Positions 14,401 through 27,483 of a DNA stretch of 64,000 nt are shown here, one piece after another. Position 1 is the first letter of the stretch. Each line of letters begins with the position of its first letter. The translations under genes and the position numbers were made by a program. Under the pieces are notes generated by a model that was not told where the DNA came from, did no database searches, and saw only the letters and a list, made by a program, of their open reading frames with translations. The DNA lies in NCBI GenBank assembly GCA_051362555.1, contig CM120643.1:26292848-26356847 (forward strand), read 5' to 3'. The DNA is from Lingula anatina (Eukaryota; Animalia; Brachiopoda).

Positions 14401-16084
14401 AATTGACAGTAGCCTATTTTTTACATTGTTATTTCCTGCTTTTTGTCTGTACATTTGACAGCTTTGCTGCCTTGTTTAATGTATTCATTAACTTTTCTAT
14501 AAATGAAGTAAAAATCTCATTTCCTTAACACTGTTACTTATTAAAATTTGTTGACCTGAGAAAGACTCCATCCCTGGAGTTTGGTTTGATGCTGGTGTTT
14601 TCTTATTTACCTTACGGACTGGCAGAGGGACTGAAATTATCAGGTAGAAAATGAAAAAAAAAAAAAGGTCTACAAAACTCTTTTTAAACTTAATGGTACA
14701 GAACTTTTTTCATGTAAGAGAGAGATTGATGATACCAGGGAGAAAAAGAAAAACAATACTAATTTTATTGATGGTGAATCGCTCTATTGGGTTAAGGAAT
14801 TGAAATTTGTTAGTTAAAAGCTAAAAAAAATTTTTTCTGTATATGGCTCAATTCACTTCAAAACTATCTGAAAAACCAGAAATTGACCAAATTGTCATTT
14901 CTAAAACATAAGAGGATTAAATTTTTGAAATTATTATTATCATTATTGTTTTTGTTGTGTTCCAGGCATCATGGCTATCTTATTTGCTGGTATTGTGATG
15001 TCTCACTACACCCATCTTAACCTGTCTCCTGTCACCCAGATCACCACACAGCAGACCTTCAGAACTGTGGCTTTCATGGCAGGTGGGCACACACAGAACA
15101 TATTCCTTAGTTGTCATAATAATAATGAAAATCACATATAACTTTTGTAAAAGCATTGTGTACAATATGCAGCTTTTAAGATTTATACTTACACTTATAA
15201 AACATAAATGTACCATATAAAATTAAGATTAGGTCTTGTATTATCTGAATTGTAAATTATACTAACTAATGTTCATTATTAGTAGGAATTTTTTTTAAAT
15301 TTATTTTTTACATTTCAGAAACCTGTGTGTTTGCCTACCTGGGGCTGGCTATTTCCAGTTATTCACATATTGTCAAACCATCCTTTGTTATTTGGAGCAT
15401 TGTAAGGAACTCCGATTTTGAAATTTTCCCATGTACAATGAGATATTTTATCAGATCTTCAGATTTATTACGGCATTCTAACTGAGGCATTAAAAAGCTT
15501 TTTAGACTATTTATAATTACCAGATATAAAAGTATTTTATTTCATAATTCATTGCTATGTAGGTATTAATAAGAGAAACTGATATGAAGTTTGGTTGTGG
15601 CATAAAATTGTTAGTTTAATTTGAAGTACATTTAAGATGAAGTGTGTGGAGCAGAAAGTGTCTAATGGATATACTGTTAATTAGGTATTTTATTATTTCA
15701 GGTGTTATGTTTAGTGGGACGAGCATGTAACATATTTCCCTTGTCATTTGTCATGAACTACTTCAGAGAGCATAAAATTACACGGAAAAACCAGTTTATT
15801 ATGTGGTTCAGTGGTATGTAGATAGGGCACACCCCCCTCACTCTCTCTCTGCTACTACTTTGTAATACCAGGTGTTGTTTACATGATAATAGCTACGTAT
15901 ACAGGGCATACATATGTATACACACACACACACACATCATATTTCACTAAATTATATACTAGATACCTGATACATGAATAGCATATGAAGTTGACTTATC
16001 ACTTCTGTTACCATCATATGAAAGGTTGGATTTTGATGGCTTCATCATTATAAAAGAGCAATTACTTCCTCAGTTGAAAAAAAG

Positions 16085-16126
<42 letters not shown>

Positions 16127-18794
16127 ACAATCAGGTTTACGAGGAGCCATTGCATTTGCCCTGAGCCTTCATCTAGAGTTCACATCAGAAGTGCGCCATG
16201 TTCTCCTGACGACAACTCTCATTATTGTTCTGTTTACATTGATGGTGCTAGGGGGAGCCACATTGCCCCTTCTCAAGGTAAGAAACCCATAACAAGTAAA
16301 TATTTATTTTATTTTGTCCCCATCTCAAAGAAAGATACCCAAAGCAATTTAGTCCCTTTTCAAGGTGTGACACGCTCTCAATTTAACATATGTGAATCAT
16401 ATATTGTTATAATTGTGACTGTAGGCTTTTGATTCAAATTTAATTAGCATGTCATAGTTTGTCACATTTATGTAAATGTAAATCATTTATTTTCAGTTAC
16501 TTAAGGCAGAAAAAAGGAAGAAGACGAAGCCAGGCCGAGAGCTGAACCTTAGCAAAACAAAAGAAATGGTAGGTTTTTTAGATATTTTATTTTCTTCAAC
16601 TAAACCCAAATTCAAACATTTTGGACTTGTCCTTGAATCTTACTTTTATGTTATATCATCTGTGTTTATGTCCACATTATATTAGATTTTAAAAGTTAAG
16701 ATTAATGGTTGTAATGATTCATGACCTTTGCTCTTTAAGTTGCTACACGTTTTTTTGTTTTTTTTTTTTAAGTTATGTAATGTTGTGTTTTAATGCTTAA
16801 TGTTTTTCTATCCCATCCTATCTTATTTTGTTCTATTTCAGGGTGACACAATAGACACAGATCATTTATCAGAGCTAACAGATATGGAAGATGAAGTGAA
16901 TTATGTGAAACCACATCTGAAAGGCTTTATGAAAATAGACGCCAAGTATTTAGTGCCCTTTTTAACAAGAAGATTAACAAAGGAGGTAAATATTTATTGT
17001 TAAGACATTTAAATTAATTTTTTTCAGTAAGTGTTTTTTAGTTTCTATATTAATTAAATTCAGTTAAACTTCAGAAAAGAATACCTGTAAATTGTCCTTT
17101 CTGTATTCAATTATTTTCACTAAGTGTTTTATTTGTAATTGGCTAATGCCTAGTGAATAGTTTCTTTAATTACTTGCATTTTCACTTTTTCATACAAAGA
17201 TGCATTTTTGATCACTGAAACAAAGCAATGTGCCATTGGGCAGAAGTGCAGGCTAACTTAAAAAAAGATGGATGTTGAACCATAAAAACCCTGTATGCTC
17301 TTCCTGAAACACAATAATAGCAACTGTGTATATTATGATATATATTAATTTTCAACAATTTTTCTTACTTTTGCATGCCTGTAAACCCATTTTGTCATGT
17401 GGTGATTTAATATATGAACATTTGCTTAAAAAAGAGAGTCATGAGAGAAAAGATAAATGCATATGAATGCTGATAAAAATGGATAAAAAGCATGTTTACA
17501 AAAGGCCACTATAATAATCTTTTCAATAAAAGGATAACAGCAGTGCAAAATTTAGGTCCAAGATTAGGAAAGACAAAGGCATCTGTTGCTACAGTGTACT
17601 ACATTAGAATGTTAAATCTTATCAATCTGAAGAGGCAGAAATATGTCTGCTCACGGATTAAAGTTCCTGACTTCTTACAGGACATAAAGGAGGGTCACAT
17701 TCAGATAAAGCAGTTGACTAGTAAGTGGTGCCAAGAACCAGGCATCCTCAGTGATGAGGAGGAGGAGGAATCTGATGCTGACTCCACAAATATAGATGGC
17801 GCCTCTGTCAGCTACCCATTAACTAGCCCAGTGCAGCCTACTAATATTACTAGTACTGCTATTATTGAAGTACAGACCACAGCAGATGAAGTATTAAAAG
17901 CTTTGACATGTTTTGTGTTCAATGTTTTTTATTTGTTGCAGCAGGAGAAGGGAATGAGGTTGGGTGGTCTGTTAGTTGACAGTGTGGCATGACGGCTATT
18001 TATTTGTTTGTTTTTTCATGAATTTATCATTTTTTATGTAAAAGAAGTACTGCGGCAGTTGAAAATCAAAGTTTGTCTTTTAGGGGAAAAGGGCACGCAC
18101 CCAAGGTGGATATGGTTGTGCATTTTGTAAATGAATTATTGAATGGTTTTATTTTTATCTGTCAGAAATATCAGGGTTTAATGGCACTTGTTTAAGGTGT
18201 TTTGATTTAGCTCCTTGTGTAGCTTGATAGTAGCTTGTCTTATAGGCATAACCACCTGTCTACAAACACACATCTGGGATAGCAAGGAATGTCAGAGGAT
18301 TATAAGTTAGTTGCCTGATGTAATGTTGAGTGTTTTGCACTGCACCCTTCCACCCCACATGGCTCTCTCCCACCCTTTGAGTGGGCATGCAAGTGCAGCA
18401 GGGAGGTCCATCTTGTGTGAAGACACAAAGCGTCAGCTGAGTCGAGGGCAAAAATAAAAATATATGGTGCTTCTTGTGAAAAAAAAAATGATAGCAAGAG
18501 GGTTAAAAATGCTGCATGTGAGCCTGCAACTTATTCCTATTATTTATTTATTTATTTATTTATTTACCTGTCCTGCACAGCACTGTGGTAGCTTAAGGGC
18601 AAAGGGTTCTGTCAAACTTTTTTCCAGAGGTTTTTTTAATATGGGGTCACCATTTTCAATTTCAGGAGCTACGTGATGGCACCAACCAGATGAAGACATT
18701 GACCAATCAGTGGTACCAGGAAGTCAGGGCAGTTCCATCAGAGGACGAGGAAGATGAAGAAATGCAAAATCTCACAGCACAGGAAATCCGATAG
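3403..18794 (+). CDS. SLC9A8: Sodium/hydrogen exchanger 8 (NHE8); exons 3403-3605, 5098-5255, 5954-6034, 6821-6879, 7264-7347, 8055-8156, 8670-8848, 9223-9361, 14538-14643, 14966-15082, 15319-15401, 15702-15813, 16135-16277, 16497-16568, 16842-16985, last exon 18666-18794 (alternative 17681-17992)
   Basis: Signal peptide and Thr-rich N-terminus, then NHE8 motifs [100 protein letters not shown] and [14 protein letters not shown]. Splice phases checked were consistent. Confidence 0.97.
5275..5488. mobile_element. ~215-bp PIF/Harbinger-like MITE, family A copy 1
   Basis: Imperfect TIRs around ATTCCCAGAGATTAGATCGATC / GATCGATCTAAATGTCTGGTAAT; 3-bp TSD TAC; internal sequence shared with copies at 8348 and 49992. 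Confidence 0.8.
8348..8562. mobile_element. PIF/Harbinger-like MITE, family A copy 2
   Basis: Same TIR and core (GATCGACCTAACTCCCTGGGGGTTCACGCTAAA...); 3-bp TSD TAT. Confidence 0.85.
9575..11364 (+). mobile_element. Non-autonomous Helentron-type element (HINE/DINE-1-like), copy 1
   Basis: T-rich insertion site; 5' subTIR ATGTACAGAC with adjacent inverted copy GTCTGTACAT; (GTCGCC)n microsatellite; internal ~159-bp and ~330-bp tandem units; 3' GTCTGTACAT plus short stem-loop GACAGC-TTT-GCTGCC then TTGTT. Confidence 0.8.
12293..14476 (+). mobile_element. Non-autonomous Helentron-type element, copy 2 (one extra internal unit)
   Basis: Same ends and internal repeats as 9575-11364, highly similar by eye, with extra sequence at about 13890-14260 and different flanks. 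Confidence 0.8.
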
Positions 18795-20068
18795 ATTTTC
18801 GACCAAGTTTTGTCATGGATGCTGTCATCGCAGGCCCATGTTTAAAAACTTTTTACGCAGGCATTCATCCTTTTAGACATCTCAAAGAGATGTAACCTAG
18901 GACTTTATAAGTTGAATTGCAGACAATATCCAAGCATCTTGATAGATCAGGAATGTTGCAATTTAAAAAAACTACAATTTTTGTCTAGTTTTCTTTCAAA
19001 GAACAGGTTTGAGGTTGTGACGTTTCCTTGTAAATAGCATACAACTATGTCATTTTGTAGCTTTGACTGTCACCACACCCAGTATATTGTAAACAGAGAT
19101 GAAAATGGTGTATGGCATGGCATAGTATATGGATTTTAACTGTTACTGTTAAAGTGTTGAACTACACCAGCTACATAAGTCATTTTTATATTCACATTTT
19201 TTTTATTTTCAAGCAACGATTGTTTTGGTTCTTTCTATCTTCAGTGTTTTAGGAAGGAGAGGAAGATTATATCATATACTCAGTGGATTGTGGATAACCA
19301 AATTATATTGTATTTCAACAACAACAAAGTTTTCCCCACTGCTACCTTTATGTTCTTCATCCCATTGTGAATGATATTATCCAATTCTGATAAAATATTT
19401 TTTTTATGTATCTTGGCTGTAGGTGAGAAATCTTCATCAAGTACATGACTTAGTGTATTTAAACGGAAAAATGGGTAAATTTATCTACAGGTGTGTTAGA
19501 ATTCATGGCACTCTGAATCTTATATATAAAATACCCGTTAATAAGTCAGAGAATGTAGGAATATATTTTTAGGTGTTGTACAAAGTCTGCGATACATTGG
19601 GGAACTCAGTTTACATCTGACAGGTAATTGATCATAATGAACATCACAGAAAACACAATGGAGAGAATTATCTGAGTACTATTCTTATATGTATTTTATA
19701 GACGAGTTTTTAAAATTGTTTATTAGCAGATAGTTCTTCTAAGCTGCAGACTCAAAGTTTAAAATTATTTATTTATTTATTTTTGTGCTAAGTGTAGCTC
19801 TGCACGTCTATCATAGATATTCAGTATCTTCACTATACACTATATGTTACCTTAGTGTGTGCTGGATTCCCATATAATTGTAGAAACTTTGGTACAACAA
19901 TACATGACTTGAAATTGTTTTCAGAACTGTTGACATATATCATTTGCTACCATGTAGCACTTAATTTAGTTTTATCTCGTATTAGGCATGATATTTGAAC
20001 TGATATTTGAGCATATTTAAAAAATGGTCCAAAGAAGAAAAAAGATTGTTAAAAGTACAGGTGCAAAT

Positions 20069-20111
<43 letters not shown>

Positions 20112-20861
20112 CTTCATATTTTTACCTAACTTTAACTTAATTTCACTTCATCTAACATGTTTGTCATTTTCAAGAATGTGAATTACTGTTAAGCATTTAA
20201 TGTTATCACTGATACTATTTGAGACACAGAGTTATCTGCTAATCTTTTTTTTTTTCACTAACTTAAGCATGAGAAGCAAGAAAATGTACAGTATGATTAA
20301 CTTTTTTTAAATACTTGATGTTACTAAATGAGGAATAGAGTTCTTTTTCAATCTTGATATTATGTATAAAGTAAAAAAGACAAAAATAACATTCCTACAT
20401 GTTAGTTTGTATTGAATAGGAGTGCCATAAAAGTTGGGGTAGGTAGGGGGGTATTACTGTGAGCGAGTTGAAAATGCCCTACTTGGAGTGTTACCTCCAT
20501 TACTGTATATGTGCAAAAGAAAACTAAGAGTTGCTGTATTTTGTGTGTAATATTTGAATTTGGTGCAAAAAAAGGAGCTGGGGTTTTGACAAAATGATCA
20601 GAAGTAGAATTAAAAATGTGTTTTTCTGTGTACCCGTATTATTCCCGTCAGGTCCAGGGACATATTTTCATGACATATTTTTTGTAATTGTCCAACGATG
20701 TTAATAAATGTTAACAATAATGATTTGTTGCATTCTTTGATATTTAGATGTGAGGGAACTTTTAACCAATTAATCAATAAATGAATCCCCATCATCTACA
20801 AATGAAGTGGGTGGGATGCGTTTTTCTGTTTGATACGAAACCTTTTTTAATTGACATCCCT

Positions 20862-20912
<51 letters not shown>

Positions 20913-21156
20913 TGTATATAAATAGATATGAGTTGATTAAAAGCAGTGCTGCTCACTTTTTATCGCCACTTTACCTATGCCCTCCTGGGACCATTTTAAG
21001 GTCAAGGTCGAATCCTGCTCGTTACTGCCTTCTCGTTTGGAAGTAAGCTTATCTCTGAAAATAACAACAAAACGCGAAATGAAACAGGGAGTGATTATCT
21101 AAACAATTTCACTAGTCCAGCGCCAGATTACCAGAGGCCTATCTACTGTAGAACCA

Positions 21157-23818
21157 ATGGCTTCTGTAGCAGAGCGTTTCACGTGCCCAATATGCTGCGA
21201 TATATTTCAAAAACCAGTACAGCTGCCCTGCAAACATGTGTAAGAAGATATTTTTTTCCGGGTTGGGGACTTTCATTTCCAGTCGAAGCAGTCTGTGAAA
21301 GAATGTATCACGAAAATTTTTAGATCTAAGAGAATGTAACTCGTTCATACTGCATTTTAAATAAATTCTGAGATACTGTAGTTAACCATTTTTTACACGA
21401 TAATTGAAGTGCTTTAATTTTTAGGTATTGTCGACAGTGTCTTGAAAATGCTGCTAAAAGAGGACGAGACCTACATGTATGTGCAGTTTGTAAGGATAAT
21501 TTTAACTTACGTGATGTGCAGCCGACTCCAGATATTGAAAGAAGATTAGACATTGAAAAGGATGCTTGTCGTGGATGTAAAAAACTGGTGAGGGCAAATA
21601 TACTGGTAGTATACCCCAGTACTACAAAAGTTTAAAGTTTTCTTAAAAATTTATTCGTTACATAAATGCCAGTGAGGCAGATAAACAGTCCATGCTTTTA
21701 ATGATATATGTATGTAGTCTTTGTATTGCTTATGGGAAATAATCCAAATTTGTTTAGGTATATATTTAAAAAAACATATACATGAATGTTTTGTTCCTAA
21801 ATCCCAAATGCTGTCTCTATATAATACTTATAACTTCTTTTAAAATCAGGTAAGGATATTTAATGGACATTGATTGAGTTCTATAAAATATCACTAATTT
21901 CCATATTAATTTTTTTTCTTACCACAGATGACGTTGTCAGAATTAAGGATGCATACATCGATATGTGCAGAATTATTAAAAACTGTGAAAGAAACTAGAT
22001 TTAAACCAGTAGCTAAGTCTTCTCAACACATCCCCAGGTAACTAAATCAGCAACAGTGAATATTTTTAAAAACTAAGTCTTACCTCAGCTGTTCACTGGA
22101 AGATGGCTCAGTGTCCAGAAGTATATTTTAGAAAATGAAATCAGAGTTAAAGAAACAACTGACCCAATGACAAAAAATGGCTAGTAACTGAACTGAGTAC
22201 TGTTACAAATTTACTGGCAGCTGATCTCCACAAGAATGTTTGATAATTTTCATCAATTTATGAAGGTCAGCACTATTTGTTTTAAACCTTACATCAAATT
22301 TTGTGAGCATCTTAACACTGCCAGACTGCAGATGCTTTCCACAATGGTTACATAATGACTCAGACTTTTCAATGGGAGGAAAATTGTGATTTTTACAGAT
22401 GCTATGTTTTAAGTCATAATTCCTTTAAATTTGAACATTCCTATCAAGTGGTAGCAATAAAATTGAAGAGCAGGCTATCCTATAGTTAATTTTTTTTTTT
22501 TTTTTTGCAGTAAAAGCACCACAAATGCTATATAGAGGTATAATTTTTATGATTCTAAAATAATGTATTTCAGTGATCGATAATTTTTGCCCATTGAAAA
22601 GATCAAGTTATAACTGTAATTGACAATGTCCAATAATATTATTTTATAACTTTATCAAGACCATTTGTTTTAAACTCTGCATCATGTTTCTCTCCAGTAA
22701 TGTGCCAAATCGCTCCACCTTCAACTGTCCCTTCTGTGCGGAGAAGAATTTAGATTGTGAAGGTCTGCGAGAACACTGTATGGGAGCACACAGACATTGT
22801 GACCAGAGAGTGGTGAGTACCCTTATATTATATTTATTTATTTTTCATTTATTTCAATTATTTTAGCAGAGGCCTGCTTCATAAACTGACCATGGAGAAA
22901 GTGAAATTCACTCTCGATAAAGACTACCATGGATCTTTGCAGACTTAGGCTTCGTTCACATGCAATGTCTATTTTCTAAATTCTACTTTCTATTTGCGGT
23001 ATGTCTTATGATCACGTTCTGTGGCCTGAATATCCCGCGGCGTAATTACTGGCAGCACGAGCCAGTTACTATAAGAACGTGATCATAAGACATACCGCAA
23101 ATAGAAAATAGAATTTAGAAAATAGACATTGCATGTGAACGAAGCCTAAGATCCCTTTTTTAGTTGTGTTTCATTTTTGTTTTATATTACATATAAGTCC
23201 AATTTTCTTGTAACTAATTGCGACAGTTGTGAACTTGTGACATTAAATGGTTTTATATTATAAGCAAGTCCAGTTTGCAGAATTGTTTTAGATATGTTAC
23301 ATGATTAACAGTGTGTTGTGTTACAGGCAAGTCCAGTATTAAATGTGTTAGTTGTGACACGCATTTATTTCCTATACTGATACAGGTATGCCCAGTGTGT
23401 GCTGCCATGCCTTGGGGTGATCCCAACATGAAAAGTGCCAACTTTCTACAACACCTTAATACCAGACATAAGTTTGAATATGAAACATATGTGGTAAGTA
23501 TTTTGTAGTGAGAATGTATATCAGCTTTGCCATTAATTTCATGGATTTATTCCATTTATTTTTGTTATTATTCAACACATTGAATTATGACTGAAAGAAA
23601 AGACAAGAAATCCAAAGGCAGTTATATCTATACTACTTATAATTGGAACTTTTAAAAAAATTAATATAAAATGAAGTTACTTTATGATATGAATATAAAA
23701 TATGACACTTATGAGAAGCATTTATGAAAATTATTTCCCATATATCTTTTAGGATTATGGTGAAGATGAAGATGCCATGCTCCAAAAAGCAGTGCAAGCC
23801 TCTCTAAATGATAATTAA
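21157..23818 (+). CDS. RNF166: RNF166/RNF114-family E3 ubiquitin ligase (RING, C2HC, Di19-type zinc fingers, UIM); exons 21157-21239, 21425-21587, 21928-22037, 22698-22812, 23386-23493, 23753-23818
   Basis: [33 protein letters not shown]...CAVC; CRGC...H...C; [15 protein letters not shown]; [30 protein letters not shown]; [14 protein letters not shown] (UIM). Confidence 0.92.
22948..23146. mobile_element. 199-bp fold-back MITE in RNF166 intron 4
   Basis: 73-bp inverted arms (22948-23020 / 23074-23146) with one mismatch; ends GGCTTCGTTCACA...TGTGAACGAAGCC; flanked by TTA and TAA (TA or degenerate TWA TSD). Confidence 0.88.
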
Positions 23819-25128
23819 AAATAGCACTACACTTTGATGGAATAACATATTGACTGGAACTTACTGAAGGGCCTCATAATGCACAACTGCTCAGCTGGCT
23901 GCATAATAGTATAAGCACAATGTCAGGCTCTTACTTTTGGTGCAATTCTAATATTAAGCTGGAGAAAAATACCAGGAAAAAACAACTAGTCACTGTAAAA
24001 CATAATTTGTTTGAAGGAAATGTTTGATAATATTGTCTTTGGTAACAGTTGTCTTATTTTAAAGAGTCAGTCTTTGGATATCACAGCATTTTAATGGAAC
24101 TTCAGAGTATTGTGCGTAGGTAATGTCCTTCTTTCTCATTAAAATATTCTGTATATGTATCATATGTCATAAGAGGCCTGTTAAACGTTTTAAAATATGT
24201 TTAACGTTTACTCATACTTTTCATATGTAAGGATATAAAGAAGAGGTTGGAGATGAGTTCAACACTCTTTTTATTAAGTTTGTAAATAGGTTAACTTATG
24301 TATTGTATTTAGCAAATGTATATACTGTAATGCTTCAGTGCAATTAATGTAATGTTTTTTTTTCTTGATGTTTACAAATAAACTTGAGATTAAATGAAAG
24401 ACTTTTAAAGTATGATTTAAGATGTATTTTCATTAAAATAACCAAAAACCTAGAACAATTTTAATATTAAAATGACACGAATCTTTATGAATTTGTTCAC
24501 AGTGGGATCATCTTTTTCCTTCAAGTTGCACACTTGTACACAGTCCTGTTAAAACATAGACCTTAAGTTTGAAACACCTGCAGTCATGAATATTCCACTT
24601 GTAATCATATTATGGCCCTCAAAACATCCAATCTAAAACTGTTCCTCAGATATTGGAAACATTCCCTTTGCGTGCTGTGGTTTCAATTGTTATCCACAAA
24701 ATTAAGGTGATAGGCGAAATCTCTGAAGTATATCTAATACCTGATGCCATTCTTATTCCTTCCCTCACTCCCTCCTTCTCTTCCTCACTACCACCCGCAC
24801 TATTTCTTTCACTCACTCCCTTTTTGCTTAGCAAAAATCAATTAACATGTGAATTGCACAGGGTGAGTAATTTTGAGCAATCTGACAAAGAGTTGAATCT
24901 TAATTATCAGTATGCTTTTAGTTACTCAAAAGGATCCGAGGCATTCTGATAATAGACTGAGGCTAGTTTTGAATAAACTGAAACTTGGGTGTTGGTGGAA
25001 GAGAGCCATGCTGATGATATAATAAGTTTGTTTCCATTTATCTGTGAAATTCAGGGTGGGCAAATTTTGAACCAGGTATCAAATTCAGACCAACTGTAAA
25101 CAGCCTTAATGTATACAGGGCCAGTGTT

Positions 25129-26839
25129 TCACGTCTGAGTTTTGCACCGTTTTTCTGGATGAGGGTATGGCACTCCAAATCTACTGCACAAAGTCCTCAA
25201 AGACTTCTCGTATTGCTTGTTCAGTTTTGTGGACTCCTGCAGGGTGTATTTGAGATCCTCGATTTCTTCAAAGAAGCTCTGAAAATTGAGTAAATCAAAC
25301 TTTTGAGGCATGAATGACAAAAATATCTGTACACACAATGATAAAGGAAGTTTGCTAGATCGGAGAAGTAAATGATTTATCAATTAAAATTATAAGAAAA
25401 ACAAAAGATTTTGCTAAAAGTGACAATTTTACTAGTAATTACTCCTTTCACCTCCACTGAAATTTAAGTGTTATTCCAGTTAAATATTATGCTAAAAAAC
25501 AAAAAATAATTTCATCTACCAACCCTTCTTTTACTCACTCATTAACAAACTTGTCAATTTTGTCTAAAAATCAACTTAAAAACAGCCACTATGTCTGTTA
25601 TTTGTATGCACTTTAATCTGCCAGTCAATTCCTTCAAACCATTTAGCTTAACATTGCAGACTTTTTTAATGGCAGGTGTGTTGACGAAACCAGTTCTTAC
25701 ATGATCTAATCCTTTCAGCTCTTCTGTTAGCTTCTGTTTGATTTTGAGTAGTTTGTCTCTCTCCCTCTTCACTCTGGTTAATTCTCTTTGCAAGGAAGTT
25801 GCTAATTAAAACACAAAGCAAAGACAATATCACAGTTCAGTTCAGGGTTTAAAATGAAGGTTAAAGATGACTGAAACATTTAAATTATTTATTGAAATCG
25901 ATCACTTTTTAAAAATCATTTGTGACATGGATATTATAGAAAAAGAAAGTAAAAAAAAATGGAATATAATATGCGAGTCTATCGTAATGAAACAAAAATG
26001 TAAATACAACTGGAGTTCATAAACAAAATGGAACACTGCAACATCTTGTTTGGCTCGCTGTCACCTTTAAAATATGTACAAATACATTTAGCTGATATAG
26101 TGCCTAAATATATATTTTTGCATGAAGAAAAACCTTCATACCAGATTGTTTTGGAGATCCAGATCGTGACCTTGACCTGCGGGAAAGCCTGGAAGAACTG
26201 CCTTTATCTCTTTCAAGTCTGTGGATTTTGTCTTCTGCTTGCTTCAGTTTTTGTTCCAGTTCTGTCACTTTAATCTAAATAGAATTGATTCATGTTTACA
26301 TGCCTGGGTCACATAAGTAATAGTACATGGGTGAGGACCCAGGGGGTACATGCCCCTTCCCCTTTTACCATTACAGTTTCAGAGAAACACCCTTCTCAAG
26401 CCCTCTCATCCCCCCCTTAAAAAAATGAAAAATTAATGAAACAGTATAGTGAGTGAAACTAAACAAAAAAGAAAGGAATATTTCATCATAAATGTTCTGC
26501 CTCACAATACTTACATTTAGAGATGTTATTGTTTCCACGTGCCTTATGTTTGTTTTCATTTCTTTCTCGTATCTCTTCATCAAGCCATTATGCATCGTGA
26601 GAAGTCTGGTATTATGCAAATAAAAGACACGAAACTGCATTAAACTGGTTCTTACTTGTGACTGCAGTAAATCTTGTTGTTTAATGACAGGCTGAATTCT
26701 CAAAGAAAAAATAAAAATATCTGAAAAAGTTTTTAGCATTAAGTCTTGTATTTAAAGATAATTTCAAATATTGTTTCATACATTCAAAAAATTGATATCA
26801 TTTTTTTATTTATTTCTTTCTCACTTCATTTTTTGGTAT

Positions 26840-26877
<38 letters not shown>

Positions 26878-27254
26878 TATGTGTGTGTGTCACTCACTTG
26901 TTAGTCTTCTCTGCTTCACTGGTGACAGTCACAGCAGGTTTCTTGGGTTGCGTGTAGATCCCAGAATACAGAGATTTTGGAGGATCAGTTTGCATCTGGG
27001 CACTGAAAATGCACAACTTCCACATTACTTGTCATCCTTCATAAAAAAGAACCTCTTCTCCCAGCCAAACTTCACTGACAAAATTAATTTTATTGAAACA
27101 TAAATAGATATCTGTAACACAATGAATTTCAACAAAGCTGTTCTTAATGTGCTGATCAGGTCAGACATTACCATCAAGAAAACACACACAGTTTAAGTGG
27201 AAAAAGTACTTTATGTCAAATGAAAGAAATTCAAAAAACAAACAAACAAACAAA

Positions 27255-27309
<55 letters not shown>

Positions 27310-27483
27310 ATGAATGAATGAATACCCTCAGGACTCTACTCACTCTCTAGTTGTTACATATTGCTTCATCATTTCCTGCAATCTCAGTGTCTCCTTCATC
27401 TCATTCAGTTCCCTTTCAAGTGCTATATTCTGTTTCTTCATCTTTTTTATCTTCTTACATAGTTTCTCATTCTCGGCAGTTAG
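25129..27483 (-). CDS. Short coiled-coil protein with CEP290-like C-terminus; exons 27483-27344, 27002-26898, 26605-26515, 26274-26142, 25801-25701, 25278-25129; 5' end unresolved
   Basis: Six exons splice in frame with GT-AG sites: LTAENEKLCKKIKKMKKQ...KLTEELKGLDH|SFFEEIEDLKYTLQESTKLNKQYEKSLRTLCSRFGVPYP. The motif resembles the CEP290 C-terminus as recalled (FDPSFFEEIEDLKYNY). Confidence 0.8.

Larger units (their letters stand above)
9362..14537 (+). other. U12-type (minor spliceosome) AT-AC intron in SLC9A8
   Basis: 5' site ATATCCTTT at 9362; branch site TTCCTTAAC at 14521-14529; terminal AC at 14536-14537. It joins ...GLVSAM|[11 protein letters not shown] in frame. Confidence 0.93.
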
